Shown piece after piece: positions 30,516-38,823 of a stretch of DNA of 64,000 nt. Below the pieces are notes generated by a model. That model was given only the letters and a program-made list of their open reading frames with translations, did not search any database and was not told the origin of the DNA. Position 1 is the stretch's first letter; each line of letters begins with the position of its first letter. Source of the DNA: Candidatus Heimdallarchaeota archaeon (GTDB lineage Archaea > Asgardarchaeota > Heimdallarchaeia > Heimdallarchaeales > Heimdallarchaeaceae); NCBI GenBank assembly GCA_030668825.1, contig DAOVET010000003.1, positions 11,047-75,046 of the forward strand, given 5' to 3'. The translations under genes and the position numbers were made by a program.

Positions 30516-31424
30516 CTAAAGTTTTAGTTCTTCAGGTTTGATTCGGGTGGGTTCTTTATTTAGTTTTACTCTGCGTTTAACTTTGAGAGAATTAACGAAG
30601 TAAACTTTTCCACCAACTTCTGAACGACGACCAATAAAGACATCGTATCCTTTTACGTCACCAGTAACTAATGTGGCTCTAATATCAACGTTATTTTTTG
30701 CAAATAAGTTGCCACCAACTTTGTATGGGTGTTTGACACTGCTACCGATTCTTAGACTTAACCATCTTTTCCATCCTTTCAAACCTAGAGTTACATTTTC
30801 TCCTACTAAGTTTCCTTTAACATTAGCTGCTCCCTCTACTGTAACATCTTTTTTTGATAGGAGATTTCCACCTACTCCTATGGATCCTGAAGATTTTATT
30901 CCATTATTTGTTTGTAGATTTCCACCTACTTTGAAAGAACCAGATGATTTTGTGAAACCCTGTACAGTAGTTTCTCCATCAATCCTTGCTGAACCTGAAA
31001 ATTTAGCATCACTGCTACCAATGAAATCTCCACCAACCTTGAAAGATCCAGAAGATTTAACTGGACCTAATATGTTAACATCTTGACCAATTTTTGCAGA
31101 GCCACTAAACCTAGCAGAAGATTCACTCACAAGTCCTCCAGATATACCAAAGGATCCAGAACTTCTAACTGTACCCAAAGAAGTTAAATTTCCTTCACCC
31201 TTTAATGATCCTAAGGATCTTATTCCATTACATTTGAAATCTCCACCAAGTTTTCCTGAACCTGAAATTTTGATAAATTTAGGAATAATTCCACTGGATA
31301 TACTTGATGACCCAGAGATTTTAACTAAATCTTCTGTTTCCTTTAAACTCCCAGCAGAGCTGATTGTAGCTCTCTGTTCGACATTTTCATTTGTTTCTTT
31401 AATTGTTTTTTCCATTATTTTCAC
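30516..31424 (-). CDS. Polymer-forming cytoskeletal (bactofilin-like, YhbE/YhbF-type) beta-helix protein
   Basis: Regular SGS-x-x-V/I-x-G repeats; C-terminal VTGDVKG.DVFIG..SEVGGKVYF. Confidence 0.75.
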   Translation of the reverse strand: MKIMEKTIKETNENVEQRATISSAGSLKETEDLVKISGSSSISSGIIPKFIKISGSGKLGGDFKCNGIRSLGSLKGEGNLTSLGTVRSSGSFGISGGLVSESSARFSGSAKIGQDVNILGPVKSSGSFKVGGDFIGSSDAKFSGSARIDGETTVQGFTKSSGSFKVGGNLQTNNGIKSSGSIGVGGNLLSKKDVTVEGAANVKGNLVGENVTLGLKGWKRWLSLRIGSSVKHPYKVGGNLFAKNNVDIRATLVTGDVKGYDVFIGRRSEVGGKVYFVNSLKVKRRVKLNKEPTRIKPEELKL

Positions 31425-31444
31425 CTTTATATTTCATTAGTTAA

Positions 31445-32341
31445 TTATAATCTTAGTTTTTCATGGCTTATTTTTACTGGTTCATTAGCCAAATCAGCTC
31501 TCTTGTCAACATCTATGTAATCGACATAGAAAACAATACCTTCTACTTTGGTATATGGTCCGATTTCTACTTTGAGACCTTTAACATCGCCTTCTACAGT
31601 AGTGTTGGCTAAATATACTTCACCAGTACCTAAAACATGCCCTTCAACTATTGATTTTTTGAGACTTCTAAATCTTAGACTAAGGAAATCCTTCCCCTTA
31701 TTGATAAGAATATCATCACCTACCACGTCTCCTTCTACTAAAATTCGTCCAGCTACTTCAACAATTCCTTGAGATAATAGATTACCTTCAATTCTAGCAG
31801 AACCTGAGAATTTTGCGCCGTTTTCAGCTTGTAAAATTCCTCCAGTAGCAAAACTACCAGCAGCTACAATTCTGCCTTTGAGAATAGTTTCTAGGCCTAT
31901 TTTTGCTGAACCTGCGAATTTTGCATCTTGATCTCCATGTACGAAACCTGCGCACTTAAAAGATCCAGCAGTATTGATGTCTCCATGGGCAATAATGTTC
32001 CCATTACTCTTTAGAGAACCAGCGGATTTCAAGTTGTTACATTCCACATCATTATCAATTTTTCCAGAACCTGCGATGCGAATATCCTTTCCAATATGAC
32101 CTCCAGAGATTTTAGTTGATCCCGCAACTGAAAGAGATTTATCAGTTGATACCTTAACTCCTGAAGTATAAATCTGAGAAGCTTCTTTGTGTTGTTCATA
32201 ATTTTCTTTAGCATCATCAAGCTTTTGGAGATAACGTTCTTTTAATTCGACATAGTTTTGTTTATCGATTTCTCCTTTGTCAAACCTCTTTTCCAAGAGT
32301 TCTAATAATTCCTCATACATTTTGACTTCGTTTTTAGTCAA
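31445..32341 (-). CDS. Polymer-forming cytoskeletal (bactofilin-like) protein with N-terminal SHOCT-like helical domain
   Basis: LEKRFDKGEIDKQNYVELKERY, then AGS/SGS repeats and VEGDVKG.KVEIGP.TKVEG; paralog of its neighbour. Confidence 0.75.
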   Translation of the reverse strand: MTKNEVKMYEELLELLEKRFDKGEIDKQNYVELKERYLQKLDDAKENYEQHKEASQIYTSGVKVSTDKSLSVAGSTKISGGHIGKDIRIAGSGKIDNDVECNNLKSAGSLKSNGNIIAHGDINTAGSFKCAGFVHGDQDAKFAGSAKIGLETILKGRIVAAGSFATGGILQAENGAKFSGSARIEGNLLSQGIVEVAGRILVEGDVVGDDILINKGKDFLSLRFRSLKKSIVEGHVLGTGEVYLANTTVEGDVKGLKVEIGPYTKVEGIVFYVDYIDVDKRADLANEPVKISHEKLRL

Positions 32342-32508
32342 TTATATCACCATGATACCAGTAACCTCACTTTATTTAATCATTTTTTTAATTGCTTAGA
32401 ACAAGTGCTTAATCGCTTGGTTAAACGATTTTAATAACAAGGTAAAGAGAATAAACCAAATAGCTTAAGGTTAAACCAACCAGTGAAAAAACTTCTAGAA
32501 GGTAAAAA

Positions 32509-32638
32509 TGGTGCGGGGAGGGAGATTCGAACTCCCGAACTACTAAAGAACGGATGGCTCATCTGACTTCTAACCCTTATCTTAGGTTTAAAACCAAGAT
32601 CTTAAGTCCGCCGCCGTTGGCCACTTGGCTATCCCCGC
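32509..32638 (-). tRNA. tRNA-Leu(TAA) with 45-nt intron (32556-32600) at 37/38, CCA encoded
   Basis: GCGGGGATAGCCAAGTGG...GCGGA CT TAA G [intron] A TCCGT...GTTCGAATC..CCCCGCACCA; BHB central helix CTTA/TGAG. Confidence 0.95.
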
Positions 32639-32722
32639 AAACAAAGTCTTAATGTTTAACTACTATAATGAATTTCATTCTTTTTTTAAGATTTTTCATC
32701 TTGATTTGAAATTGATTGAAGA

Positions 32723-34036
32723 TTATGGATGGAGTCTTGTTGGATCTCTTGGTAGTAATCTCGCTTCTCTAATATTAGGTAAATCAAGGATCTTTTGCAC
32801 AAATCTTTCAATTCCTGTTCCACTTCCTCCGTGTGGAGGTGCTCCATTTCTAAAGAATTGCAGATAACTGTCAACCTCTTCAAGCTTGAAATCCTTTTCA
32901 ACAGCTTGCTTGGCTAAAATATCTACTCTGTGTTCTCTTTGCCCTCCAGTGGTTAATTCTTGTCCTTTGAATAAGAGATCAAAAGATTTAGTCAATCTTG
33001 GATCTTCATCATCCTTCATAGTATAAAATGGTCTAATTTTCCAAGGATATTGGTCTACGAATACAAAGTCTGAGTTCCATTTCTCTTTTGCGTACTTACC
33101 AATAATTCCCTCTGCTTCAGCGTCTAAATCTTCATAGAGGTCTAGTTTTTTACCTTCATCTGCTAAAATATCATTACATTCGGGAATTGTGATTATTGGC
33201 CATTCTTTGGGTTGATCATCGATTTGAACCCCCAATACTTCAAGAGAATTAGCTCTAGATGTTTTTATTGTATCAAGAGCAAAACCAATTGCGCCTTGTA
33301 TAACTTTCATGACATCTTTTTGATCATTAATGTATGAAATCTCAAAATCTATAGAAGTATATTCGCATAAATGACGATTAGTGTGGTGTTTCTCAGCTCG
33401 AAAAACAGGACCTATTTCAAAAACTCTCTCAAATCCTGCCATTAACATCATTTGTTTATAGAATTGAGGGGATTGTGCTAAGTATGCTTTTTTATCAAAA
33501 TAATTTATTTCAAAAACATTGGCACCACTTTCTGTTGCTGAACCAACAATTTTAGCTGAAAAGAACTGTAAGAAGTCGTTATCTCTAAAATATTGTTGAA
33601 TTGCATAAGCAGCAGTACTCTCAATTTCGAAAATGTGAGCAACCTTTCTATCTCTTAAATCTAGAAACCTATAGTCGTATCTTTTATCAGGATTTGTTTC
33701 AATCTTATCACCAACTGAAATCGGATATTCTTGAGTTCTTTTATTGATAATTTCAATCTCAGACGGAAGGACTTCTTTTCCATTTGGGGCACTTTCATTG
33801 GTTACGACATCTCCAGTAACTGCAATTATATCCCCTTCTTGAAAATCTAAAGCAAATATCTCTTCAGATACTTTCTTTTTGGGTAAAACTATTTGCACAA
33901 TCCCTGTTCTATCTTGTAATTGAATAAATCGTAATCCACCAAGATTGCGAACTTGTTGGACCCATCCCGCAATCGATATCTTTACATCTGTTGTAGAAAA
34001 AACCTTCTCAATAGGATTTCTTTGACTAAAGTCCAT
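32723..34036 (-). CDS. aspS: Aspartyl-tRNA synthetase, archaeal type (possibly non-discriminating)
   Basis: OB fold, YLAQSPQFYKQ, FRAE, GAPPHGG..GIER; Pro in SAPNGKEV loop. Confidence 0.95.
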   Translation of the reverse strand: MDFSQRNPIEKVFSTTDVKISIAGWVQQVRNLGGLRFIQLQDRTGIVQIVLPKKKVSEEIFALDFQEGDIIAVTGDVVTNESAPNGKEVLPSEIEIINKRTQEYPISVGDKIETNPDKRYDYRFLDLRDRKVAHIFEIESTAAYAIQQYFRDNDFLQFFSAKIVGSATESGANVFEINYFDKKAYLAQSPQFYKQMMLMAGFERVFEIGPVFRAEKHHTNRHLCEYTSIDFEISYINDQKDVMKVIQGAIGFALDTIKTSRANSLEVLGVQIDDQPKEWPIITIPECNDILADEGKKLDLYEDLDAEAEGIIGKYAKEKWNSDFVFVDQYPWKIRPFYTMKDDEDPRLTKSFDLLFKGQELTTGGQREHRVDILAKQAVEKDFKLEEVDSYLQFFRNGAPPHGGSGTGIERFVQKILDLPNIREARLLPRDPTRLHP

Positions 34037-34180
34037 GTTACAGTCCTCAGTTTATTTGTTGCACCTTTGAGAGTTTATTAAAAAAGATTCTCTTCTTTGT
34101 TGTATAAAAACGTGAGAAAAAAGACTTTCTGAGAAAAAACGTTATTTAGCTATTGTCCTAATAACTTTGTAGCGATACTA

Positions 34181-34870
34181 ATGAAGAAGATTGTACTAAA
34201 GTTTGGCGGTTCTGTTTTATATAAAGAAGAAATGGTTCTAAATGTTGAGAGAATAAAGGAAATTGTTGATACCATTAACACCCTTCATGATACAGGGCAT
34301 AAAGTTGCTGTAGTTGTTGGAGGAGGAAAATTAGCTAGAGTTATCATTCAAGCAAGCGATGTCCTTGGGCATGTATCTACTTTCAAAGACATTCTTGCAG
34401 TAGAATCAACTCGAATTCATGCTTTACTAGTAATTGCTTCGCTCCAAAATAAAGCATATTTGCTTGTTCCTCGTTCATTCGAAGAAATTGGCAAAGCACT
34501 CTCGACTGGAAGGATTGTTGTTACTGGAGGTCTTCAACCGGGGCAATCTACAAATGCTGTTGCAGCTCTTGTAGCAGAATATTGGGGTGCTGATTTACTG
34601 ATAAATTTGACAAATGTAGACAAAGTCTATGATAAAGATCCCAACCTGTATAAAGATGCTAAACCTTTAGATGAGCTTTCAGCTGATGAACTGTTAGAGA
34701 TTATATCAAAACAAGATGAAGAACCAGGAAAATATGCCCTCTTTGACAGAGTAGGATGTGAAATAGTGAAAAGATCCAATTTAAGACTAATATTTACAAA
34801 TGGTTCTGATCCTAAGAACATTTTGAGAATTGTTGATGGAGAAAATATTGGAACTGTGGTTAATGGATAA
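34181..34870 (+). CDS. pyrH: UMP kinase
   Basis: KFGGS, VVVGGGKLAR, GGLQPGQSTNAVAA, TNVDKVYDKDP. Confidence 0.95.
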   Translation: MKKIVLKFGGSVLYKEEMVLNVERIKEIVDTINTLHDTGHKVAVVVGGGKLARVIIQASDVLGHVSTFKDILAVESTRIHALLVIASLQNKAYLLVPRSFEEIGKALSTGRIVVTGGLQPGQSTNAVAALVAEYWGADLLINLTNVDKVYDKDPNLYKDAKPLDELSADELLEIISKQDEEPGKYALFDRVGCEIVKRSNLRLIFTNGSDPKNILRIVDGENIGTVVNG

Positions 34871-34889
34871 GTCTTTCTTTTTTTTCTTT

Positions 34890-36161
34890 CTAATAACTAT
34901 CATATGTTTTGTATCGGAGAATTGCTGCTATCCCACCAAATGCATTGTATAACATAGCCCCATCCTCATGATCAGATGAAATGACCTCTAGAGTGGCACC
35001 AGTATTCTCGGCTTTTTCATTCAATTCAGTGATTAAATCACTTTCACTTTCAATATACAATTTGGAATTTCCGCAATCAGGACATTTTTTATCAGATAAT
35101 TTTTTTACGAAATCATTGTAATCTTTGCTTTTTACCGACTCAATGGTTGAGTAATCACACCCATCACATTTAATTTCCATATTAACTCTATCTACATCCT
35201 CACTTACTAAAACAATATCAACAGCTGCTTTTTCTAATGCTTCCAAAACTTCCTTTTCTCCATAAGTAACTAGTCCTGTATCCTTTCCCAAATGTTCCAT
35301 GAATTTTTGTGTGAGTTTGCGCTCCTTAACTAACTCAAAATCAGACAATTTATCTGCAGCTTTATCTAGAAGTTCTCGAATCCCAACTGAACCCAAATAT
35401 CCTATATCATAGATTCCTATGACTTTTTCAAGCAATCGATAATCAATTTCCTTACTTTCCAAAAATTCTGCTTTTGATAAAGCTGGACCACCAACAACTA
35501 TTGCTTCAACAGGATAATCTTCAAGATAAACAGTATTCATAATATCTGCAACTTTGCCATACCATCTTTGAGCCGCTTCTTCAGTTAATCTTTGAAAACG
35601 AGCTTGAGACTGACCACCCATTTTATGTTTACCAGGAACATTAGATTCTTCTTCACGAATTATATCTAATCGGGAGCCTTGAACAGTTGCTAGTGTTGCT
35701 CCTCCTCGAGCAATTAATGCTAACCCATACCTTTGTTTGCTTTCTAACATCTCTTTAAGATGATCAATATGAAATACATAATCACAGAGATAGAGCTTAA
35801 TTCCTACAGGATCTGGAGGGCTAATTAGGAAAAATTCCACCTTATTGTTTTGAGTAATTCCACAGAAGATAACAAGACCATTCTCTCCAGAACTAGGAAT
35901 AGTTTTTATCCTAGACATGATAGAGGAAAGCGCAGATTGGACAGCCTTTCCAGTGCTTTTGTCTTTGATATTTGTTGCAGTACCATATTCATCACGCAAC
36001 TGGGAGTTAATATCAGATAACCTAGTGTTGGGGGGGATGTACAATGTAACCAAACTTGTAGACATGTTAAAACTTTTCTTAGTTTCTAGCTTTTCTATCT
36101 CATGTTTTAACATATAGCGTTCTACTGACGATCTTTTCTTTTCTTCTTGTTGTTTTGTCAT
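34890..36161 (-). CDS. prf1: Peptide chain release factor aRF1
   Basis: TSLVTLYIP, NIKD, YLCD..F, GGQSQARFQR, FGGIAAILRY; CxxC..CxxC minidomain. Confidence 0.97.
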   Translation of the reverse strand: MTKQQEEKKRSSVERYMLKHEIEKLETKKSFNMSTSLVTLYIPPNTRLSDINSQLRDEYGTATNIKDKSTGKAVQSALSSIMSRIKTIPSSGENGLVIFCGITQNNKVEFFLISPPDPVGIKLYLCDYVFHIDHLKEMLESKQRYGLALIARGGATLATVQGSRLDIIREEESNVPGKHKMGGQSQARFQRLTEEAAQRWYGKVADIMNTVYLEDYPVEAIVVGGPALSKAEFLESKEIDYRLLEKVIGIYDIGYLGSVGIRELLDKAADKLSDFELVKERKLTQKFMEHLGKDTGLVTYGEKEVLEALEKAAVDIVLVSEDVDRVNMEIKCDGCDYSTIESVKSKDYNDFVKKLSDKKCPDCGNSKLYIESESDLITELNEKAENTGATLEVISSDHEDGAMLYNAFGGIAAILRYKTYDSY

Positions 36162-36327
36162 GGTATCTCCTCGGGATAAGGTAAACTAAAGAACTATGCT
36201 TCAGTATAGCACTTTAGACAAAATTTCAAGATTTGTTATTATCTTTTTGGTTATGAGTCTTTAGAAATGATGAGAAATAATAGGGAAATATTTTTAGAAA
36301 GAACAAATAGTTAACATTCTGATAGTA

Positions 36328-36582
36328 ATGGTAGAGAAACAACAGATAGAAATTGACTTATTAGATATTTTTGTTTCACTAAACAAGGGTTTAAATCTCT
36401 CAGATGTGATGTTCCAGCTAAATAACCTTTATGCTCCAAGAGGAGAGAAAGTGGAACAAGCTGTTCTCATTGAAGTGTTAAATTCATTAACAGAAAAAGA
36501 TTATTTAAAGAATTTTCAGGTGGGAGCATTAGATAGTTGGAAAATCACTGATGAAGGAGAAGATTATTTCTATAGTCTCTAA
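36328..36582 (+). CDS. Small hypothetical protein, winged-helix-like
   Basis: LNSLTEKDYL...WKITDEG pattern typical of wHTH wings. Confidence 0.55.
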   Translation: MVEKQQIEIDLLDIFVSLNKGLNLSDVMFQLNNLYAPRGEKVEQAVLIEVLNSLTEKDYLKNFQVGALDSWKITDEGEDYFYSL

Positions 36583-36599
36583 TTGTAATTAAGTAAGAG

Positions 36600-37367
36600 A
36601 TGAGTAGAATGAATTTAAGGGAAATTACAGGGTTGCCCATTAGTAGTGAAGAAACTACACTAAGATACAGTGAAAGTGAAATTAGTGTGAAGGATGTGCT
36701 GATTCACAAAGTCGAGGATATTTCTAATTTTTTGTTGAAAAATGAATGGGGAGGAAAAGAGAAGGATAAAGAAGTGTTTAGAATCTATCGAGGAGTAAGG
36801 AAAGTAGAAGATAAACCCCTATGGGATGTAATGAGATTTGATTTCTTAATTATCCAAGCTGGAAAATTAGGAGAAGAATATTACAAGACTTCTGGCTATT
36901 ATAGATCCTTTGCAGGTACAGGATACCGTTTTTCCGAGATCTATCAAGTTGTTGAAGGATATTCAGAATTCTTACTCCAACAATTCGGGGAGACCCATGA
37001 GAAAATCAAAGATGCTGTAATGATAAGAGCACAAAAATTTGATACAGTTATCGTACCTCCTTCTTACGGAGTTACAATAATTAATCCAAGTGACCAAAAA
37101 GCTGTTCTAGCAAGAATCCGTGCAGACGATGCTAAGGAAATAAAGGATGGCTATGAAAGAACAAAAGGGGAATGTTATATTAGGGGGGAAGAAGGGAGAT
37201 GGATGTATAATGAGAACTATCAAGAAATTCCAAACTTGAGATTAGAACCACCTCAAAATAAATGGCGATCTTTGAAAAGGGGGATTCCAATCTACAATAT
37301 ATATGTATACAAGCCAAGAATATTTGCACCTTTATTAGAACCAGATCCTGCAGATTATATCATATGA
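36600..37367 (+). CDS. Cupin glucose-6-phosphate isomerase-family protein lacking the His metal ligands
   Basis: RFDFLIIQAGKLGEEYYKTSG, EIYQVVEG, VPPSYGVTIINP. Confidence 0.8.
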   Translation: MSRMNLREITGLPISSEETTLRYSESEISVKDVLIHKVEDISNFLLKNEWGGKEKDKEVFRIYRGVRKVEDKPLWDVMRFDFLIIQAGKLGEEYYKTSGYYRSFAGTGYRFSEIYQVVEGYSEFLLQQFGETHEKIKDAVMIRAQKFDTVIVPPSYGVTIINPSDQKAVLARIRADDAKEIKDGYERTKGECYIRGEEGRWMYNENYQEIPNLRLEPPQNKWRSLKRGIPIYNIYVYKPRIFAPLLEPDPADYII

Positions 37368-37406
37368 TAAAGTTACTAACAATTATTTCAAATATTTTGA
37401 GAAAAG

Positions 37407-37515
37407 TGGTGGGGCATAGCAGATTTGAACTGCCGACCCCCCGGTTTCGAAATATGATTCTCTCAAGAATCACAAATATCAGCCGAGTGCTCTAACCAAG
37501 CTGAGCTAATGCCCC
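37407..37515 (-). tRNA. tRNA-Ile(GAT) with 31-nt intron (37446-37476) at 37/38, CCA encoded
   Basis: GGGGCATTAGCTCAGCTTGGTTAGAGCA CTCGG CT GAT A [intron with TGATTCT/AGAATCA hairpin] A CCGGG...GTTCAAATC..ATGCCCCACCA. Confidence 0.95.
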
Positions 37516-37642
37516 ATTCTTACTGCATTCCTCCTAATTTATTACTTTTAAAAATGTTTTCTTATAATTCTAAAAAAGAAAGAGGAACTTGGTCAGTCTA
37601 TTGTAAGACATTTTTTTATACTAATCTCTCCTAAGAAGAGTT

Positions 37643-37864
37643 CTACTCACTGTCATCTTTTGAGGTGTAAAATGGAGATTTTTTTTCGTTTTTCAACATT
37701 CGAATCAATCTATCCATCCCTTCAATTTCTTCTACACTTATTCTTGGTTTTTCCTGTAATAAATCCTGAAATCTTAAAATCTTATTTCTACTGTCCACAC
37801 TAATCTCTATCTTAGGGTATGATTCTGTTAATTTTTCAGATTCTTCTGTCATTTGCATAACCAT
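37643..37864 (-). CDS. Small hypothetical protein, paralog of 38061-38270
   Basis: Shares ES.PK, IL...DLL.EKPR.SV.EI and LI.MLKN with its neighbour. Confidence 0.75.
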   Translation of the reverse strand: MVMQMTEESEKLTESYPKIEISVDSRNKILRFQDLLQEKPRISVEEIEGMDRLIRMLKNEKKSPFYTSKDDSE

Positions 37865-37980
37865 CTGTTACTTTAGTTCCCAACCCCATTTTACATAATG
37901 ATAGGATGTATTACTTACGTATTTGCCAGATGAATATAAAAGACAATTAAAATTCTATACTGTACTTCTTTTGTAGCTTT

Positions 37981-38031
37981 ATGAGACCATCAAACGATTT
38001 TGATGATTCCATTAAAGCTGGTGCTGATTTG
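37981..38031 (+). pseudogene. Relic 5' fragment of the UPF0148-family gene
   Basis: MRPSNDFDDSIKAGADL vs MSPSKESDASVAAGADL at 38404, exactly 423 bp apart. Confidence 0.7.
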
Positions 38032-38060
38032 GATTTTTTCTTGGGCAGAACAAGTTGTAA

Positions 38061-38270
38061 TTACTTTCCAGTACCTTTTGGAGGCTTATACGAGAATTTT
38101 GCAGAGTTTTTTAGCATCTTTATCAGTTTGTAGGTATCGTCTATCTCTTTTACACTAGCTCGAGGTTTTTCTGTAAGCAAATCTTCTATTTTGAGAATAA
38201 CTCTCCCTTTATCTGGTTTTGCAGACAACTTAGGAATAGATTCAATTGTTCGTTCTATTTTTTTAACCAT
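38061..38270 (-). CDS. Small hypothetical protein, paralog of 37643-37864
   Basis: ESIPK...ILKIEDLLTEKPRASVKEI...LIKMLKN. Confidence 0.75.
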   Translation of the reverse strand: MVKKIERTIESIPKLSAKPDKGRVILKIEDLLTEKPRASVKEIDDTYKLIKMLKNSAKFSYKPPKGTGK

Positions 38271-38403
38271 TCAGAATCACAGTACTTATTTCTTAGTCTT
38301 AAGAGCTTAACTATTTTCTTTTGATAGAATGTATTACTGGGATATTCATTATTTACTTGTGAAAGACAATTAACGTTTTATAGTAACTTTTCACTGTTTT
38401 CAT

Positions 38404-38823
38404 ATGTCTCCATCAAAAGAATCAGATGCTTCTGTCGCTGCAGGAGCTGACTTACTTCTAAAGGGTTGGAAGATGATCAATAAAGCCTGCCCTGTTTGTG
38501 TAGAACCTCTTTATGAAAAAGATGGAAAAGTCGTTTGTGTAAAATGTAAAAAAGAATATGTTCTGGTGGATTCAAAATCTGAAATGCCCCCAACTAAAAC
38601 ATCAGAGGCTCAACAACCAGCAGCAAGTTCTTCACCAAACAATTTCAGTTCATATGATTTCAGCTCTTTACCTCCTGCTCTAGCAGATACTGCTAAAATA
38701 ATGCTGGAAAAAATAACTGACCTGAATGCAAAATTAAAAGAATCATCGGATCCCAAAGAAATAGAAAAAATTTCTTCTTCAATTCGTTCTCTTATTGATT
38801 CTCTCCATTCTCTGAATTCTTAG
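38404..38823 (+). CDS. UPF0148 / Sjogren's syndrome autoantigen p27-like Zn-ribbon protein
   Basis: ADLLLKGWKMINKACPVC..PL...DGKVVCVKC plus C-terminal coiled coil. Confidence 0.88.
   Translation: MSPSKESDASVAAGADLLLKGWKMINKACPVCVEPLYEKDGKVVCVKCKKEYVLVDSKSEMPPTKTSEAQQPAASSSPNNFSSYDFSSLPPALADTAKIMLEKITDLNAKLKESSDPKEIEKISSSIRSLIDSLHSLNS

Noticed and set aside
32411-32477. GGTTAAAC direct repeat and AATCG/CGATT inverted repeat upstream of the bactofilin-like pair
   Set aside because: Too short and AT-rich to separate from chance without comparative data.
34890-36161. aRF1 NIKD instead of NIKS as a sign of stop-codon reassignment
   Set aside because: This position varies among archaea, and TAA, TAG and TGA all terminate conserved genes at expected lengths in this window.
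37262-37495. 77-aa plus-strand ORF
   Set aside because: Overlaps the end of the cupin gene and the antisense strand of tRNA-Ile.
37407-38460. Integrated mobile element at tRNA-Ile
   Set aside because: No integrase or transposase, and no duplicated tRNA end (att site) seen.
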